Shown here in pieces: positions 41,783 through 51,014 of a stretch of 64,000 nt of DNA (within the stretch, counting starts at the first letter, position 1; each line of letters opens with the position of its first letter). The DNA is taken from contig CAZCPL010000001.1 in the NCBI GenBank assembly GCA_964500255.1, positions 8,567 through 72,566 of the forward strand. Direction: 5' to 3'. Source of the DNA: an uncultured Solibacteraceae bacterium (GTDB taxonomy: Bacteria; Acidobacteriota; Terriglobia; Bryobacterales; Bryobacteraceae). The notes below the pieces were generated by a model. It was not told the DNA's origin. It saw only the letters and a list, made by a program, of their open reading frames with translations, and made no database searches. Made by a program: the position numbers and the translations under genes.

Positions 41783-42958
41783 ATGGACCTCACACTTACC
41801 CAGCAGGAACTCGAGTTCCGAGACGATCTCCGCAATTGGTTATCCAAGAATGTTCCGGCCGGATGGCAAAAGCTGACCTCCGATCAAACCCTGGAAGAGC
41901 GCTTTCATTTTCTGTGCGGCTGGCAGAAGACCCTCTTCGACGGAGGTTGGGCCGGTGTCTCTTGGCCCAAGGAGTATGGCGGACGCGGCGCGACGCTTAT
42001 GCAAACCGCCATCTTCTGGGAAGAGATGGCGCGGGCCGAAGCGCCTCCGATGGCCAATGTTTTGGGTCTTGGACTCATCGGGCCCACGATTATCGCCTAC
42101 GGCAACGACGCGCAGAAGCAGCGTTTTCTTTCGAAGATCCTGAGCGCCGAGGAGATCTGGTGCCAGGGGTTTTCCGAACCCAACGCAGGCAGCGATCTCG
42201 CTGCGCTCAGCACTGAAGCTGTGCTCGATGGCGATCGCTATACCGTCAATGGACACAAGGTCTGGAACTCCTACGGCTGGGCTGCCGACTGGTGCGAACT
42301 GGTTGTCCGCACCGACAAGAACGTCCCCCAACACAAGGGCCTCACGGTCATTCTTGTGGACATGAAGACGCCGGGAGTCGAGGTCCGCGGGTTGAAGCAG
42401 ATTACCGGCGAGTCGGAATTCTGCGAACTGTTTTTCCGCGATGTTCGCGTGCCCGTTGAGAACGTCGTGGGCAATGTGAACGAAGGCTGGAAGGTCGCAA
42501 TGGGCACGTTGATGCACGAGCGCGGAACCTTCGGTGCGGGCATCCAGGTGGCCTATCAGCGCAACTTCAAGCGCCTCGTTTCGCTGGCGAAAAAGCTGCA
42601 TCGCGATCAGGATCCGCTGGTGCGCCAGAAGCTCGCGCAACTCGGTGCGGAAATCGAGATTATGCGCCTCAATCAGATGCGCGCGTTCAGCCGCATCAAC
42701 GCCACGGGGGTCCCCGGACCCGAGGGTTCGATCCAAAAGATCTTCTGGAGCGAACTCAATCAACGCCTCCAGCAGGTGGCGCAAGAGATTCTGGGTCCTT
42801 ATGGATTGCTAGGCAAGGGCGATACGAACGGGTTCGACGAGGGCGCGTGGCAGTTCGGATACCTTCGCGCACGCGGCAACACCATCGAAGCCGGAACCTC
42901 TGAAGTGCAACGCAACATCATCGGACACTACGTACTCGGTCTTCCCAAGAGCTACTAA
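41783..42958 (+). CDS. Acyl-CoA dehydrogenase (catalytic-type subunit)
   Basis: WCQGFSEPNAGSDLA, NGHKVW, LMHERG, TIEAGTSEVQRNII. Confidence 0.93.
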   Translation: MDLTLTQQELEFRDDLRNWLSKNVPAGWQKLTSDQTLEERFHFLCGWQKTLFDGGWAGVSWPKEYGGRGATLMQTAIFWEEMARAEAPPMANVLGLGLIGPTIIAYGNDAQKQRFLSKILSAEEIWCQGFSEPNAGSDLAALSTEAVLDGDRYTVNGHKVWNSYGWAADWCELVVRTDKNVPQHKGLTVILVDMKTPGVEVRGLKQITGESEFCELFFRDVRVPVENVVGNVNEGWKVAMGTLMHERGTFGAGIQVAYQRNFKRLVSLAKKLHRDQDPLVRQKLAQLGAEIEIMRLNQMRAFSRINATGVPGPEGSIQKIFWSELNQRLQQVAQEILGPYGLLGKGDTNGFDEGAWQFGYLRARGNTIEAGTSEVQRNIIGHYVLGLPKSY

Positions 42959-42959
42959 C

Positions 42960-44111
42960 ATGAACTTCGGACTCTCGGAATCGCAACAGATCCTGCGCAG
43001 CAACGCTAAGAAGTTTTTCGCCAATGAGTGCCCTCCGGCTGAAGTGCGGCGCATCTTTGAAACAACGCTCACCGCGTTTGACGCGAAGTTGTACGCCAAA
43101 CTCGCCGAACAGGGCTTTACGGGCATTATCTTCCCCGAGCAGTACGGCGGTCTGGGACTTGGACGCGTCGAAATGGCCGCGTTGCTCGAAGAGATGGGGC
43201 GCGCGCTCGTCCCCGGCCCTTACTTCAGTTCCGTCTTTCTCGCGGGCACGGTGATCGACGCCGCGGCATCGCACGAGCAGAAAGAAAAATATCTGCGACC
43301 GTTGGCCGAAGGTACTCAGCGTGCCACGCTGGCGATGCTGGAGAGATCGGCTTCGTGGGATCCCGAAGATGTTGCGTTGGAAGCCTCGCTCGACCACACA
43401 ATTGCCGGCGAAAAGCTCTTCGTGAACGATGCGGCCTGCGCGGACTTTCTCGTGGTCGCCGCGCGTGCACAAGGCGAATTGGCGCTCTACATCGTCGACA
43501 CCGGTAACGTCGCAATCACTCCGATGAATGGCATGGATATCACGCGCCGCATGAGTGCCATCGGTTTCGATAGATCTCCCGGTGTACTGCTGGCTCGCGG
43601 TGAAGCTGCTGAAAAAGCGCTGAAAACAGCCCTGCAAACGGCCACAGTCGCGCTTTCCGCGGAGCTCGTCGGCACCATGCAGCGCGCCATGGATCTCGCC
43701 GTCGATTACGCCAAAACGCGCAAACAGTTCGGCAAGCCGATCGGCGCTTATCAGGCCGTGCAGCATCAATGCGCGGATATGTATCTCTGGACCGAGAGTT
43801 CGCGATCCGCCGTCCTCTACGCCGCTTGGGCGCTCGACAACAATGCGGAGGATGCGGAACGCGCGGTCTCTGTCGCCAAGATGTATGCGAGCGACGCGGG
43901 CCGTGAGATTACTTCACGCGCGATTCAAGTGCACGGCGGCAACGGCTTCACTTGGGAAAACGATTGCCATTTGTGCTTCCGACGCGCGAAAGCTTCGGAG
44001 TCGATGTTGGGCGATCCGTCGTATCATCGCGAACTCATTGCAGAGTTGGTGATCGATGGAGCGGCCGTCGAATCCGCCGAAGAAGAGACCGTTTTCGTTA
44101 GTGGTGTATGA
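42960..44111 (+). CDS. Acyl-CoA dehydrogenase (partner subunit)
   Basis: RKQFGKPIGAYQAVQH and IQVHGGNGFTWE; lacks SEPxAGSD. Confidence 0.92.
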   Translation: MNFGLSESQQILRSNAKKFFANECPPAEVRRIFETTLTAFDAKLYAKLAEQGFTGIIFPEQYGGLGLGRVEMAALLEEMGRALVPGPYFSSVFLAGTVIDAAASHEQKEKYLRPLAEGTQRATLAMLERSASWDPEDVALEASLDHTIAGEKLFVNDAACADFLVVAARAQGELALYIVDTGNVAITPMNGMDITRRMSAIGFDRSPGVLLARGEAAEKALKTALQTATVALSAELVGTMQRAMDLAVDYAKTRKQFGKPIGAYQAVQHQCADMYLWTESSRSAVLYAAWALDNNAEDAERAVSVAKMYASDAGREITSRAIQVHGGNGFTWENDCHLCFRRAKASESMLGDPSYHRELIAELVIDGAAVESAEEETVFVSGV

Positions 44112-44881
44112 TCCAGCAGTTGTTCGACCTTACCGGCAAGGCTGCGTTGATTACGGGTGGATCGCGCGGCCTCGGACTCGAAATTGCCGAAGGCCTCGCG
44201 GAAGCAGGGGCGAAGCTGTTCCTGCTGGCACGCCGCGCGCAATGGCTCAACCCGACGCTTGCGGATCTCCGCCAGCGTGGTTACAACGCAGAAGGCGCGT
44301 TGTGCGATGTCACCAATCCTGAGGATGTGAAGCGTGCAGTTGCCGATGCGGCAGCCAAGCTCGGAACCGTCGACATCCTTGTGAACAACGCGGGCACTAG
44401 TTGGTCCGTACCTGCGGAGGACATGCCTTATGACAAGTGGAAGCTCGTCATGCAGACCAACCTGGACGGGGCGTTCCTGTTTAGCCAAGAGGCGGCGCGG
44501 CTGATGATTCCGCGCGGGTCGGGCGTCATCGTCAACGTGGCGTCGATTGCAGGACTCAAAGGCACCATGCCCGGTGGACTCGACAACTCTTCCTACGTTG
44601 CATCCAAAGCTGGGCTACTCGCACTCACTCGCGAACTCGCCGCGAAATGGGCGCACTACGGTATTCGTGTCAATGCGATCTCGCCGGGTTTCTTTCCCTC
44701 TCGCATGACGGAAAAGATCATTGCGACCAAGGGCGAAGACGAGATGGCGAGAGCGATTCCGATGCGCCGGATTGGGCGCACCGGTGAACTCAAAGGGGTC
44801 GCGCTGTTCTTGGCATCCGAGGCATCGAGCTACATCACGGGACAGAACATCGTTGTTGACGGTGGTCGTACCGCGGTCTAG
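44108..44881 (+). CDS. Short-chain dehydrogenase/reductase
   Basis: TGGSRGLG, NNAG, YVASK, NAISPG. Confidence 0.92.
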   Translation: MIQQLFDLTGKAALITGGSRGLGLEIAEGLAEAGAKLFLLARRAQWLNPTLADLRQRGYNAEGALCDVTNPEDVKRAVADAAAKLGTVDILVNNAGTSWSVPAEDMPYDKWKLVMQTNLDGAFLFSQEAARLMIPRGSGVIVNVASIAGLKGTMPGGLDNSSYVASKAGLLALTRELAAKWAHYGIRVNAISPGFFPSRMTEKIIATKGEDEMARAIPMRRIGRTGELKGVALFLASEASSYITGQNIVVDGGRTAV

Positions 44882-44976
44882 CCACTATGGTGGTCATCGC
44901 GTCTCACTCTTGACCACTGCCGAACAGTGGTCGCGCGAAACAGCAGCGATGCAAGTAAACTGGGGAAGCAACTTTT

Positions 44977-47079
44977 ATGAGCGAACTCGTCCAACTCACC
45001 CGCGATGGTGAAATCGCCATCATTACGATCCAGAATCCGCCGGTCAACGCGCTGTCTCCTGGCGTGCCCGAAGGCATTGTCGCTTCGATCGCCTCCATCG
45101 CCGCCGATGACACGATCAAGGCCGCAGTCCTCATTGGAGGCAACAAGCGCTTCATCGCCGGGGCCGACATCAAAGAGTTCGCCAAGATCACCTCGGGCGG
45201 CAAGCGCGACAGCATCGGACTCAACGAAGTGCTCGACAAAGTTGAAAACTGTTCGAAGCCCATCGTTGCGGCGATTGAAGGCCACGCTTTTGGAGGCGGA
45301 CTCGAAACCGCGATGGCCTGCCACTACCGCATCGCCGCGGTGTCCGCGCAAGTGGGCCAGCCCGAATGCAAGCTTGGCATCATCCCCGGCGCTGGCGGAA
45401 CCCAACGCCTGCCACGCCTCTGCGGCGTCGCCAAAGCCGCCGAACTCTGCGCATTCGGAGATCCGGTCAAAGCCAAAGAAGCGCTGGCATTGGGGATTGT
45501 GGATCGGATAGTCGACGGTGACATGCTGCCAGAAGCCATTGCTTTTGCGCGCGATGTCGCAACGAAGCCGGTCGTTCGCACTCGCGATCGCAACGAAAAG
45601 CTCAGCGAAGTCTGCGATTTCGACGCACTGCGCAAGGCCGCTGGCAAGCGCAGCCGCAACTTGATGGCCGCGCAGAAAGCCATCGATTCCGTCGAAGCCG
45701 CCACCAGGATGAGCTTCGATGAGGGCCTTGCGTTTGAACAAAGGGTCTTTATGGAATGCCTCTATTCCGATCAGTCGAAGGCGATGATCCACGTCTTCTT
45801 CGGCGAACGTGAAGTGGCGAAAATTCCCGGGATCGACAAGACAACGCCCGTGATCCCCATCGCGAGCGCCGCCGTCATTGGCGCGGGAACCATGGGCGGA
45901 GGCATCGCCATGTGTTTTGCCAACGCGGGAATCCCGGTGCGCATCCGCGAGACCGCGCAGGATGCGCTCGATCGCGGCTTGGCTACGATCCGCAAGAACT
46001 ATTCGAATTCCGTGAAAAAGGGCCGCTTCTCGCAAGAAGTGATGGATCAGCGCATGGCGCTCATCGCGCCGCAGCTTGATTACGCGGGCTTCGACACGGT
46101 CGACATCGTTATCGAAGCGGTCTTCGAAGGCATGGCGCTCAAGAAGCAAATCTTCGGCGAACTCGACTCCATCGTCAAGCAGGGCGCGATTCTGGCGTCC
46201 AACACCTCGACGCTGAGCATCGATGAAATTGCTTCCGCAACGAAGCGTCCGCAGCATGTGATCGGAACGCATTTCTTCTCACCCGCGAATGTCATGAGGC
46301 TGCTCGAAGTGGTGCGCGGTGCGGCGACAGATCTCGCTGTCATCAACACCTGTATGCAGTTGGGCAAGCGCTTGGGCAAAGTGAGCGTGCTGGTTGGCAA
46401 TTGCTTCGGCTTTGTCGGCAACCGCATGTTCGGACCCTATCGCCGCGAAGCGCAGTTTCTTGTGGAAGAAGGCGCATCGATCCCTGCCGTGGACAAGGTG
46501 CTTTACGACTACGGGATGGCAATGGGTCCGCTGGCAACTGGCGATCTTGCCGGACTCGACGTGGGTTGGCGCATCCGCAAAGAGATTGCGCATCTGCAGA
46601 TACCTGGCGTCCGCCAGCCGGTTGCCGAAGATCAGCTTTGCGAGATGGGCCGTTACGGCCAGAAGACCGGAGCGGGCTGGTACAAATACGATGAGAATCG
46701 CGCCGCCAGTGTGGATGATGAGGTCACCGCATGGGTCCGGAAATGGTCTGGCGAACAAGGCATCGAGCAGCGCGAGATCGGCAGCGATGAGATCCTCGAT
46801 CGATGTCTGTATGCGCTCGTGAACGAAGGCGCGCGGATCCTCGAAGAGGGCTTTGCGTTGCGCAGCGTCGACATCGACATCGTCTATCTTTACGGCTATG
46901 GCTTTCCTGCCTATCGCGGAGGCCCGATGAAATATGCCGATCTTGTCGGTTTGCCCAAGGTCTACGAGCGAATTTGCGAGTTCGAGAAAGAGCACGGCGA
47001 ACTGTGGAAGCCGGCTCCGCTGTTGGAAAAGCTCGCTAAGGCGAACTCAACGTTCGCAGCCTACGACAAATCGAAGTAA
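44977..47079 (+). CDS. Bifunctional enoyl-CoA hydratase / 3-hydroxyacyl-CoA dehydrogenase
   Basis: FIAGADI, GGGLE, PGAGGTQRL; GAGTMGGG, EAVFE, SNTST, HFFSP. Confidence 0.93.
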   Translation: MSELVQLTRDGEIAIITIQNPPVNALSPGVPEGIVASIASIAADDTIKAAVLIGGNKRFIAGADIKEFAKITSGGKRDSIGLNEVLDKVENCSKPIVAAIEGHAFGGGLETAMACHYRIAAVSAQVGQPECKLGIIPGAGGTQRLPRLCGVAKAAELCAFGDPVKAKEALALGIVDRIVDGDMLPEAIAFARDVATKPVVRTRDRNEKLSEVCDFDALRKAAGKRSRNLMAAQKAIDSVEAATRMSFDEGLAFEQRVFMECLYSDQSKAMIHVFFGEREVAKIPGIDKTTPVIPIASAAVIGAGTMGGGIAMCFANAGIPVRIRETAQDALDRGLATIRKNYSNSVKKGRFSQEVMDQRMALIAPQLDYAGFDTVDIVIEAVFEGMALKKQIFGELDSIVKQGAILASNTSTLSIDEIASATKRPQHVIGTHFFSPANVMRLLEVVRGAATDLAVINTCMQLGKRLGKVSVLVGNCFGFVGNRMFGPYRREAQFLVEEGASIPAVDKVLYDYGMAMGPLATGDLAGLDVGWRIRKEIAHLQIPGVRQPVAEDQLCEMGRYGQKTGAGWYKYDENRAASVDDEVTAWVRKWSGEQGIEQREIGSDEILDRCLYALVNEGARILEEGFALRSVDIDIVYLYGYGFPAYRGGPMKYADLVGLPKVYERICEFEKEHGELWKPAPLLEKLAKANSTFAAYDKSK

Positions 47080-47186
47080 GAGAGCGGTCGGATGGTGCAA
47101 ATAGCGGCGGGTCTGGCGTTCTGAGGTATACTCTAGTTTAGGTACGTCTCAGCCCGATTCCGGGCGCGTTCCCTTGGCAAATAGTT

Positions 47187-47600
47187 ATGGCTGAAATTCT
47201 TCTGACAATCATCCACGTGGTAGTGTGCCTGATTCTGATACTTGTGGTGCTGCTGCAGAGCGGCAAAGCTGCCGATTTGGCGGGGGCTTTCGGCGGCATG
47301 GGTTCCCAGGCGACGTTCGGTCCCCGGGGCACGGCGACGCTGTTGTCAAAAGTGACCACTGCTTCGGCGGTGCTGTTCATGATTACGTCCCTTTCGCTTT
47401 CGGTTCTCGGCACGCGCGGTTCGGGATCTGGTTCGAGCGTGACGGACAAGATCAAGACTCCGGCTGCGAAGACCGATCAGAAGAATAAGCCGAAGACGAT
47501 CAAGGTCACAGGCTCGGATGGTACGGTTACCGAGATCCCGCTGCCTCAGGATCTGAAAGAGTTGCCCAAGAGTTCGCCGACGACTCCGGCACCGAAGTAA
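47187..47600 (+). CDS. secG: Preprotein translocase subunit SecG
   Basis: LVVLLQSGKAADLAGAFGG..LSKVT, two TM helices; followed by tRNA-Leu. Confidence 0.93.
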   Translation: MAEILLTIIHVVVCLILILVVLLQSGKAADLAGAFGGMGSQATFGPRGTATLLSKVTTASAVLFMITSLSLSVLGTRGSGSGSSVTDKIKTPAAKTDQKNKPKTIKVTGSDGTVTEIPLPQDLKELPKSSPTTPAPK

Positions 47601-47642
47601 CCTCTACCCTTCGGGTGTGTAAATTGTTCGTGTAGTCCACCT

Positions 47643-47727
47643 GCGGGGGTGGCGGAATTGGCAGACGCGCTAGCTTGAGGTGCTAGAGGGTAACACCGTG
47701 CAGGTTCAAGTCCTGTCCTCCGCACCA
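47643..47727 (+). tRNA. tRNA-Leu(GAG)
   Basis: Cloverleaf; anticodon arm CTAGC-TTGAGGT-GCTAG, long variable arm, GGTTCAAGTCC, CCA. Confidence 0.96.
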
Positions 47728-47737
47728 AGTTCTTGAA

Positions 47738-47772
47738 AAGAGGCATCCACCCAGGATGCCTCTTCTCTTTTT
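47738..47772 (+). terminator. Intrinsic terminator
   Basis: AAGAGGCATCC-accca-GGATGCCTCTT then CTCTTTTT. Confidence 0.8.
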
Positions 47773-47962
47773 CGATGCGCACATTTTGTCCTGAAGCGCG
47801 TTGCCTGCAGCCTGCGATACCGCGAACTGCCCCAACTCATCGGTCGCGAGATCGAAGTCACGACCGCGATTCTATCTGAAGGTGTTTCTGGCAGCGAATT
47901 CGAAGGTAGATCTCCTGAAACGATGGATGCAGATCAGGAGTGGGGCCTCGAGAACTGGTGAA

Positions 47963-49602
47963 CCTAGAAACGGCGGTTGAACGTGCGTTTCCTCATGCGA
48001 GAAGAGTAGGTGGTTGATACTGATGAGGATGGCCGAAGAAAAGAGTTTGATGAAGATTCACCCAACGGGTGAACCCGACGAGGACATTGTTGAAGGGCGG
48101 GCGGAGCCTACGAGCGTTGACACGTTTGCAGGCAAGGTTCAGGTGAAGTGGATGCCGGACTCGGCGGTTAGCAGCTTTGGACAGATAGCTTTCTTCATTG
48201 AGTTTTTGAAGACCAGTGGACTGCTGGAAAACTGGATTGAAGATTGCCCGTTGAAGTACACGAGCCCGAACGCACCACAGGCGCGGGATGTATTGGGAAC
48301 GGTCCTGCTCTCTGTGTTGGCGGGGCACTGGCGATATGCGCACATCAATGCGATACGTGGTGACGGCGTGAACCCGCAGTTGCTGGGTATGAGGAAGGTG
48401 GTGAGCAAGGATTCGGTGCGTCGTGCGATGATCGCGATGAACGAGGCAGCCGCGGAACAGTGGCTGAAGAAACATCTGAAGGCGAGTTACGCGCCGCTGC
48501 TGGAAGAGCCGTGGGCGTTGGACATAGACACGACGGTGAAGGTGTTGTACGGACATCAGGAGGATGCCAAAGTAGGGTATAACCCGGCCAAGCCAGGGCG
48601 TCCGTCGCACGCCTATCACAGTTATTTCATTGGCAATTTGCGAATCGTATTGGATGTGGAAGTGCAGGCGGGGAATCAGACCGCATCGTCATTCGCGCAA
48701 CCGTAGTTGTGGACGTTTCTGGATGGTTTGCTGCCGCTCAACCGACCCACGTTCTTGAGAGGGGATTGCGGGTGGGGAAACGAGCGAGTGCTGAAAGGAT
48801 GCGAAGAGCGCCAACTGGGCTACGTGTTCAAACTCAAGCAGAGCCCCAACCTGAAAAAGCTGATCGGGAAGTTGTTCGCACAAGATGGATGGGCGGATGC
48901 AGGCCAAGGATGGCAAGGGCTGGAAAGCAAACTCCGGTTGGACGGGTGGAGCCTAGAGCGCCGTGTGGTGGGGTTGCGCCGTGCCCTAAAACAAGAAGTG
49001 GCCGAGAAGAAATCCAAGCGGAAGAGCAAACAGATGACTCTGGATTTAGGGACAGAGGCGCATCAGGGCGTGGAGTATGAATACGCCGTGCTCGTCACGA
49101 CCATGCTGGATGAGGTGCGGACGAGTGCGCAGCATTACCGGGATCGCGGAGATTCGGAGAACAACTTCGACGAGTTGAAGAATCAATGGGGCTGGGCTGG
49201 TTTCACCACGCACGACGCGAAACGCTGCCAGATCATGGCACGCATCAACGCGCTTGTCTACAACTGGTGGAACATTTTCATGCGGCTGGGAATTCCAGAA
49301 AAGCACGTCGAGGCCATCACGTCGAGACCCTTGGCGCTGCAAGGCATAGCTTGCCTCACCAGACATGCCAATCAGACCACTGTCGAAATCACCAGCACGC
49401 ACTCCAAGGCGCCTCTAATCAACGAAATTCTCAACAAGGTCAGCGCCTTCCTCAAGTGTCTCAAAACATCTGCGGAGCAGTTGACTCAACCTGATCGTTG
49501 GCGCCTAATTCTCAGCAAGGCTTACCAGGTTTTCCTCGGCGGAAAGATCCTCGGTCCGCCTCTTACTCTCGCGGAAGACACCTTCTAACTGCCGTTTTTA
49601 GG
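47963..49602 (+). mobile_element. IS1380-family insertion sequence (1640 bp)
   Basis: IRL CCTAGAAACGGCGGTT (47963-47978) and IRR AACTGCCGTTTTTAGG (49587-49602), 14/16 match. Flanking 5-bp direct repeat GTGAA at 47958-47962 and 49603-49607. Confidence 0.9.
48014..49588 (+). pseudogene. IS1380-family DDE transposase with one in-frame TAG (48704-48706)
   Basis: LDIDTT..YGHQE..GYNP, RGDCGW, YRDRGDSENNFDELK. Two track ORFs abut in the same frame. Confidence 0.88.
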
Positions 49603-50139
49603 GTGAAAGGTCAAATCGAGCGTCGGCTTGCCTGCGATCGTAAAGCGGCCGGAGCGAGTGACTGCAGAGCGGCTGGCAATCTGGGACTCTTTGACTTCAT
49701 CGAACGCGAGATTGGTTCTGAAGAATTCGACCTTCTTCATGTACTTCTCATGCGTTGCACCGGTGATGCCTTGCGACTCGGTGCCGTTCGATTTGGTGCG
49801 GGAACGGCCGGCGGCGGAGGTAGCAGATCTCGACCGGGCACCTTCCCGACTGCCAGCGGCCGGCGTGTCATCGGCAGCGGTCGGAGTCTTGGCTTCGGCT
49901 TCCGCCTTGGCTGCGGCCGCCTCTTCTTTCGCAGCCGATTCCGCGGATCGACGATCGGCAACGCCCGCCTTACGTTCGGCTTCGGCAGTCTTTCGCTTCT
50001 CCGCGTCCGCAGCGCGTCGTGCTTCGTTTTCTTTTCTAGTTTTCTCGCGCTGTGCAGCGTGCTCCAAAATGGAAGGAAGTTGTCCGAAAACCGGGGGAAC
50101 AGCGAATAGGGTGGCAAGAAAGACGATGAATGTGCGCAT
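49585..50139 (-). CDS. Exported Ala/Glu/Lys-rich hypothetical protein, 3' end interrupted by the IS
   Basis: Signal peptide MRTFIVFLATLFAVPPVFG after GGGAG; the last 5 codons and the stop derive from the IS right end. Confidence 0.6.
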   Translation of the reverse strand: MRTFIVFLATLFAVPPVFGQLPSILEHAAQREKTRKENEARRAADAEKRKTAEAERKAGVADRRSAESAAKEEAAAAKAEAEAKTPTAADDTPAAGSREGARSRSATSAAGRSRTKSNGTESQGITGATHEKYMKKVEFFRTNLAFDEVKESQIASRSAVTRSGRFTIAGKPTLDLTFHPKNGS

Positions 50140-50331
50140 CACTCCCAGGAGGCGTAAATCAAGCCAAGCTGAGTCCAAGAACCCCCCCCGCACTCTTCAG
50201 GGCGGGGCCCTTCTGCTCGTACGAAGCTTAGAAAGTGAGCGGCTGTCCGCCCACCGAAGCCGTCGGCCGTCCGTACTCGGCGGATTGAAGTTGAACGTCT
50301 TGAGCGCGTTCTAGGACGTTCTGTAGCAATA

Positions 50332-50781
50332 CTAGATTGGATAGCTGCCGCTGATATATTGATTGAGCTGCTGAATCTCTTCGTCCTGCCGTCGAATGAT
50401 CCAGTTGACGAGGTCACCGATCGAGACCACAGCCACAATCTTTCCGTGTTTGTCGATTACCGGCAAATGCCTGACCCGATGGCCTGTCATCCGGTGCATG
50501 CACTCGCTGACGGTCTGGTCTTCCTCAACCGTGACGGGGCAAGGGCTCATGATTTCTCCAACCGTCGTCTCTCTCGAAGACTTGCCCAGCAGGATCACCT
50601 TGCGCGCGTAGTCGCGTTCTGAAAAGACACCGACCAACTCACCCTCCGCGATCACCATGACGGCGCCAACATCGTGACCCGCCATCGTTTCGAGGGCCTC
50701 GTAGACGGACACGTCAGGCGTGACCCGGTGTATCCCACGGCCCTTTTGATCTAAAATGAGACGAACTGTATCGATAGCCAT
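50332..50781 (-). CDS. CBS domain protein
   Basis: VGVFSERDYARKV, VRHLPV, VVSIGDLV; RBS GAGGGAGG. Confidence 0.92.
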   Translation of the reverse strand: MAIDTVRLILDQKGRGIHRVTPDVSVYEALETMAGHDVGAVMVIAEGELVGVFSERDYARKVILLGKSSRETTVGEIMSPCPVTVEEDQTVSECMHRMTGHRVRHLPVIDKHGKIVAVVSIGDLVNWIIRRQDEEIQQLNQYISGSYPI

Positions 50782-50798
50782 AGCGGCCTCCCTCAATA

Positions 50799-50826
50799 AT
50801 CATAGGCATTTCAACCGCCGTGTCAA
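50799..50826 (-). promoter_or_regulatory. Sigma70 promoter of the CBS gene
   Basis: TTGACA-16 bp-TATGAT on the minus strand. Confidence 0.65.
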
Positions 50827-50889
50827 GGGGGGGTAAGTGGTCTGGCGCTGCGTGTCGTTTCGTTGTATGATCGGAATTGCCACACACAT

Positions 50890-50974
50890 GCGGGGGTGGC
50901 GGAATTGGCAGACGCGCTAGCTTGAGGTGCTAGAGGGTAACACCGTGCAGGTTCAAGTCCTGTCCTCCGCACCA
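50890..50974 (+). tRNA. tRNA-Leu(GAG), second identical copy
   Basis: 85/85 identical to 47643..47727, including CCA. Confidence 0.96.
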
Positions 50975-50979
50975 AATCT

Positions 50980-51009
50980 GAAAAACGGCCTGCAAACGGG
51001 CCGTTTTTC
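50980..51009. terminator. Bidirectional intrinsic terminator
   Basis: GAAAAACGGCCT-gcaaac-GGGCCGTTTTTC between the convergent tRNA and ABC ATPase genes. Confidence 0.85.
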
Positions 51010-51014
51010 TATTG

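Noticed and set aside
44912-44932. Hairpin GACCACTG-ccgaa-CAGTGGTC between the SDR and hydratase genes
   Set aside because: Single 8-bp stem with no U-tract or second copy; function cannot be supported.
48704-48706. Pyrrolysine or programmed amber read-through in the transposase
   Set aside because: No pyl genes are in view and TAG is a normal stop for many genes here; a point nonsense mutation is simpler.
47643-50974. Prophage or ICE between the tRNA repeats
   Set aside because: Only 3.2 kb, with no integrase, phage or conjugation genes.
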